A DNA stretch of 52,939 bases from the NCBI GenBank assembly GCA_964388035.1, contig CAYLZE010000024.1, positions 1 to 52,939 of the forward strand, written 5' to 3'. Positions 49,670-52,939 of the stretch are shown one piece after another. The first letter of the stretch is position 1. Every line of letters starts with the position of its first letter. This stretch comes from an uncultured archaeon. GTDB lineage: Archaea; Asgardarchaeota; Lokiarchaeia; Sigyniarchaeales; SOKP01. A program made the position numbers and the translations under genes. Below the pieces are notes generated by a model. That model did not search any database, was not told the origin of the DNA, and saw only the letters and a list, made by a program, of their open reading frames with translations.

Positions 49670-50656
49670 GTGATTAGAAATAAAAATTTAAAAAAAGTGA
49701 AATCTTTCATGATAACAAATAGAATTTTTAAACCAGCTAAATCAAGGGGAGGAAAATATTTAAGCATAATTACAATTTCGATAGCAATATTATTTTTAAT
49801 AATTTTTTTTGCAACTTATCCATTAAATAACAACATTTCATACTCGGTTATATTAATAAGCATATATACCATTACTATTGCAGGATTGATTTTGCTGATT
49901 TATGCATATTATGAACTGGAATACATCCTTACCAGTGAAAATCTTTTAATCAAGTGGGGTTTAAAAACAACTAAGGTACCAATAAATGAGATCGAGAGAA
50001 TAATAAAGGCACCGACGAAAATGTATCAAGGGATAAGATTAGGAGGGGTTGGAGTACCTGGATATTTATTCGGCAGGTTTAAATATTTAATACAAGATGA
50101 ATTTGAGACCGTATCTTTATATGCAACCAAGCTGGATACCCTCATTTTCATTGAAACAATAGATAATGGAAAAAAGAAGTTTTATGGAATTACTCCTGCT
50201 GAAGAAGAAGAGTTCCTCACAGCCATTAATGAGTCAAGAGGAGTCAAGGAACTTCAAATTAAGGATAATGAGAAGACCTTCCCAAGTTTTATAAATAGGG
50301 CAAGGGATATCAAGTATGCATTGTCCTTATTCATCCTTTCCCTTATTATTTCTGTTTCAGGCTTGATATATTTCTTAGCCATCTATGTCCACTTACCTCA
50401 AACAGTACCGCTTCATTTCGATAGTAATTTCATGCCCAATCAGTACGGAAGCAAGGTGAATCTACTGGGAGTAATCTTCCTATTTATATTCTTTGGGATT
50501 GGATTTAGCTCCTTGCTCTATTATTACATCCATAAAAGAACTCATTTAGATCAAACAAGATATGGATATAGCATAATGTTTTTACCTTTAGCAATTAGTC
50601 TAATGTTCTTGATTATCACCATAATCATCTTGGTTGAGACCTTGGCTTTTGCTTAA
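49670..50656 (+). CDS. bacterial PH-domain (bPH_5-like) + DUF1648 membrane protein
   Basis: GIRLGG...GYLFGRF...LYAT; LPQTVPLHF...PNQYGSK (DUF1648). Confidence 0.75.
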   Translation: MIRNKNLKKVKSFMITNRIFKPAKSRGGKYLSIITISIAILFLIIFFATYPLNNNISYSVILISIYTITIAGLILLIYAYYELEYILTSENLLIKWGLKTTKVPINEIERIIKAPTKMYQGIRLGGVGVPGYLFGRFKYLIQDEFETVSLYATKLDTLIFIETIDNGKKKFYGITPAEEEEFLTAINESRGVKELQIKDNEKTFPSFINRARDIKYALSLFILSLIISVSGLIYFLAIYVHLPQTVPLHFDSNFMPNQYGSKVNLLGVIFLFIFFGIGFSSLLYYYIHKRTHLDQTRYGYSIMFLPLAISLMFLIITIIILVETLAFA

Positions 50657-50740
50657 AGGCTGGCGGAGTTCCATGATGCATGCCCTCTACGCATGTAAAT
50701 TTTAATCCAAAATAGAAAAAAAGAATCGCGAAAGTAGCAA

Positions 50741-50768
50741 TATCAAGTAATATTCCTAAAACTTGATA
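50741..50768. terminator. inverted repeat between convergent genes
   Basis: TATCAAGT-12 nt-ACTTGATA. Confidence 0.3.
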
Positions 50769-50796
50769 CCTTGGGAATACTTTACTGCTTTTCTTC

Positions 50797-51528
50797 TTAT
50801 TTTCCCCTCGTTAGAATATCTTCTCTTCGAAATGTAAATTTACTAAGGTAAAAAAGAATAATATCGCTAATACCAAAAATTAATGAAATGATCATGAGAT
50901 TGAAGATTTCCAGTGGGATGATGCCTATTTCGCTTGAAACATAAATTACCGCAAGTGGGGCAATTGTAATTATTCCTAGTTGCTGGGCAGTGCGCACATC
51001 ATTTACTCTGGTAGAGATGATAATATTTAACTCGATGGTTAAGATTACTCCCAGTGGAGCCATTAAAAACAAGATAACCCCCATGAACCAGTTTGGAAAG
51101 TATAAATATCCTAACGGGTTAAGAGTAAATAAATCCATCAATACCATGAAAATAATAGAGCTGAAATAAGTAGACAAGATGGGGGGGATGAATGCTGCGA
51201 TGCTTTTTCCCATGAGAATTTCTCCTTCAGTAGTCGGTGTAGCGAGTAGAGGCTCCAAACTCTTTTCTACCTTTTCTCCCACTAAACTGTAGGAAGCTGT
51301 TGTGGTTGTAAGCAGTACCACCTCGATGAGCAGGAAGAAGGAAAATGAATTCAAAAGAGTTATCAATACGAGGGGGTCAACACCATGCGATGAAATGTAA
51401 ATGATAATAAGAGGCAAGCCAATTGCCACTAAAAGGGGAAAAAGGATGATAGAAATAATTATGGCTCTTTTTTTCCTCAAAATACTAAATTCTTTAGCTG
51501 CTATGAGCCAAGCTTGTGATAGTCTCAT
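50797..51528 (-). CDS. ABC-2 type transporter permease
   Basis: VGEKVEKSLEPLLATP...ILMGK; about 6 TM. Confidence 0.9.
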   Translation of the reverse strand: MRLSQAWLIAAKEFSILRKKRAIIISIILFPLLVAIGLPLIIIYISSHGVDPLVLITLLNSFSFFLLIEVVLLTTTTASYSLVGEKVEKSLEPLLATPTTEGEILMGKSIAAFIPPILSTYFSSIIFMVLMDLFTLNPLGYLYFPNWFMGVILFLMAPLGVILTIELNIIISTRVNDVRTAQQLGIITIAPLAVIYVSSEIGIIPLEIFNLMIISLIFGISDIILFYLSKFTFRREDILTRGK

Positions 51529-52445
51529 TTTGTTTCACTCACTATTTTTAAATATACATCTTCTAAACTCGATCTAAGCTCAGCAACAAACTGAACTTTT
51601 CCACCCGCCAATACGATTGCTTGTACCAGATCGGGATTTTCTTCTTTAGCATTTGCCACATCAAGGATTAATTTATTTCCCTCAATCGTTATATTATTTG
51701 GAGTAAGCTTTTTCACTGCATTTACTATTGGATCGTTCACTTCTTCAAGCTGAATCACCGTTTTAACGCCTATAAGCGACCTTTCTAGTTGATCTGGGGT
51801 ACCGATACTCAATAATTTCGTCTTTAAGATTCCAATTTTATCGCAAATTCTCTGGGCTTCATCAAGATTATGCGTGTTTAGAAAAATGGTCTTTTTTTCT
51901 TTCTTAAGCTCAAGAATGAAATCTCTCAAGGTCTTTGCCGATTCCGGATCAAGATTTGCGGTGGGCTCATCAAGAAAGAGGATCTCGGGATCGTGAATTA
52001 ATGCCCTCGCCACCGCAATCTTCTTTTTCATGCCTTTCGAGTAAGTTCCAACAGCTAAATCTTTTTTATCCCATAGCTCAAACATTCGAAGGAACCGTTC
52101 AATATTCTCCTTCCGTTGCGTCTCTGAGACACCATATAACTTGCCATAGAAGTCAAGATTCTTGTACGCACTGAGATCCTCATAGAGACCCGCTTCATCG
52201 GGAACGAATCCTATGATTTTCCGTATCTTCAAGGAGTCTGCTTTATTGGAAATATCATATTCGCTTATTTTTGCACTTCCACTTGTTTGTGACATTAAAC
52301 AACTTAGCATTCTCACGGTTGTAGTCTTGCCGGCTCCATTTGGACCAAGCAACCCGAAAACCTCGCCCTCTTCCACGTTGAAGGTAAGATTTTCAACGGC
52401 AGTTATACCGCCGAATTTTTTGGTGAGATTTTCCGCTTTTATCAT
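51525..52445 (-). CDS. ABC transporter ATP-binding protein
   Basis: GPNGAGKTT, YSKGM, LFLDEP, THNL. Confidence 0.95.
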   Translation of the reverse strand: MIKAENLTKKFGGITAVENLTFNVEEGEVFGLLGPNGAGKTTTVRMLSCLMSQTSGSAKISEYDISNKADSLKIRKIIGFVPDEAGLYEDLSAYKNLDFYGKLYGVSETQRKENIERFLRMFELWDKKDLAVGTYSKGMKKKIAVARALIHDPEILFLDEPTANLDPESAKTLRDFILELKKEKKTIFLNTHNLDEAQRICDKIGILKTKLLSIGTPDQLERSLIGVKTVIQLEEVNDPIVNAVKKLTPNNITIEGNKLILDVANAKEENPDLVQAIVLAGGKVQFVAELRSSLEDVYLKIVSETK

Positions 52446-52472
52446 GATACCTACTTATTGAAGGGAATTTCT

Positions 52473-52490
52473 TCAAGTATTAATAGTTGA
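52473..52490. promoter_or_regulatory. candidate operator palindrome upstream of the ABC operon
   Basis: TCAAGTATTAATAGTTGA, 16/18 self-complementary, 27 nt upstream of the ATG. Confidence 0.35.
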
Positions 52491-52681
52491 GGTATTATAT
52501 TTTTACGATTTTTAAGCTCATCCTTCATTCTTCATTCTTCAATCTATACGAATAATATTCTAAAAGCTCGTAATCATTTTCATTACTTTTGATAGTATGA
52601 ATGATTAATACTCAGAGATATTTGAAAACCTTTTTAACAAAATTCGAACGATTTCTTCATATTCGTTGGAATGGATAAAAA

Positions 52682-52939
52682 ATGACCCAATCAATATTTA
52701 TTACTGGTGGCACGGGTTATATTGGCCAAAATCTCGTAAAAAAGCTTCATTCGCTTGGTCATAACCTGACGCTACTCGTGCGAGAATCAAGTGACTTGTC
52801 TCCTTTTGAAGGGTTGGATAATATTACCTATAAGATGGGAGATGTTCGGAATTTAAAAAATTTACAAGAAGCTGTTCAAGATAGCATTGATGTAATATAC
52901 CACTTGGCTGCGTATGTCAAGATTTGGGCGGAAGATCCC
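52682..52939 (+). CDS. NAD-dependent epimerase/dehydratase (extended SDR), 3'-truncated by the window (not in ORF track)
   Basis: MTQSIFITGGTGYIG...GDV...DVIYHLAA. Confidence 0.92.
   Translation, partial: MTQSIFITGGTGYIGQNLVKKLHSLGHNLTLLVRESSDLSPFEGLDNITYKMGDVRNLKNLQEAVQDSIDVIYHLAAYVKIWAEDP

Noticed and set aside
235-52461. Numerous short antisense/overlapping ORFs in the track (e.g. 235-558, 2301-2483, 12731-13174, 15375-15914, 30027-30425)
   Set aside because: Shadows of well-supported genes on the opposite strand or in another frame
1-52939. tRNA, rRNA, CRISPR arrays, IS elements, integrases
   Set aside because: None recognised by eye; tRNAscan-SE, Infernal and a CRISPR finder would be needed to exclude them formally

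Overview
AT-rich archaeal chromosomal segment, most likely from an Asgard archaeon (Lokiarchaeia-like). The assignment is inferred from archaeal-type information genes (rpl40e, rpl38e, Pth2, TruD, archaeal ThrRS/AspRS, SepRS, RibK/RibL, Alba) occurring with eukaryote-signature-like proteins (Rab-like GTPase, longin-like + winged-helix protein, putative BRO1-domain protein). The left ~31 kb is mostly housekeeping. The right ~21 kb is richer in regulatory and accessory genes: a CheR/coiled-coil/degenerate-CheD fusion, a membrane bPH_2-XRE protein paired with a soluble XRE regulator and two upstream palindromes, a 1524-aa sacsin-like GHKL ATPase with a C-terminal HExxH domain, and a YwgA/SocA-like + SAMHD1-like HD gene pair. 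Three genes absent from the ORF track were found (rpl40e, a 55-aa zinc-ribbon protein, a partial SDR epimerase). Three genes appear to need non-canonical start codons (ATT, CTG, ATC). No tRNA, rRNA, CRISPR array or transposase was recognised. All family calls are by motif recognition from memory; no searches were run.
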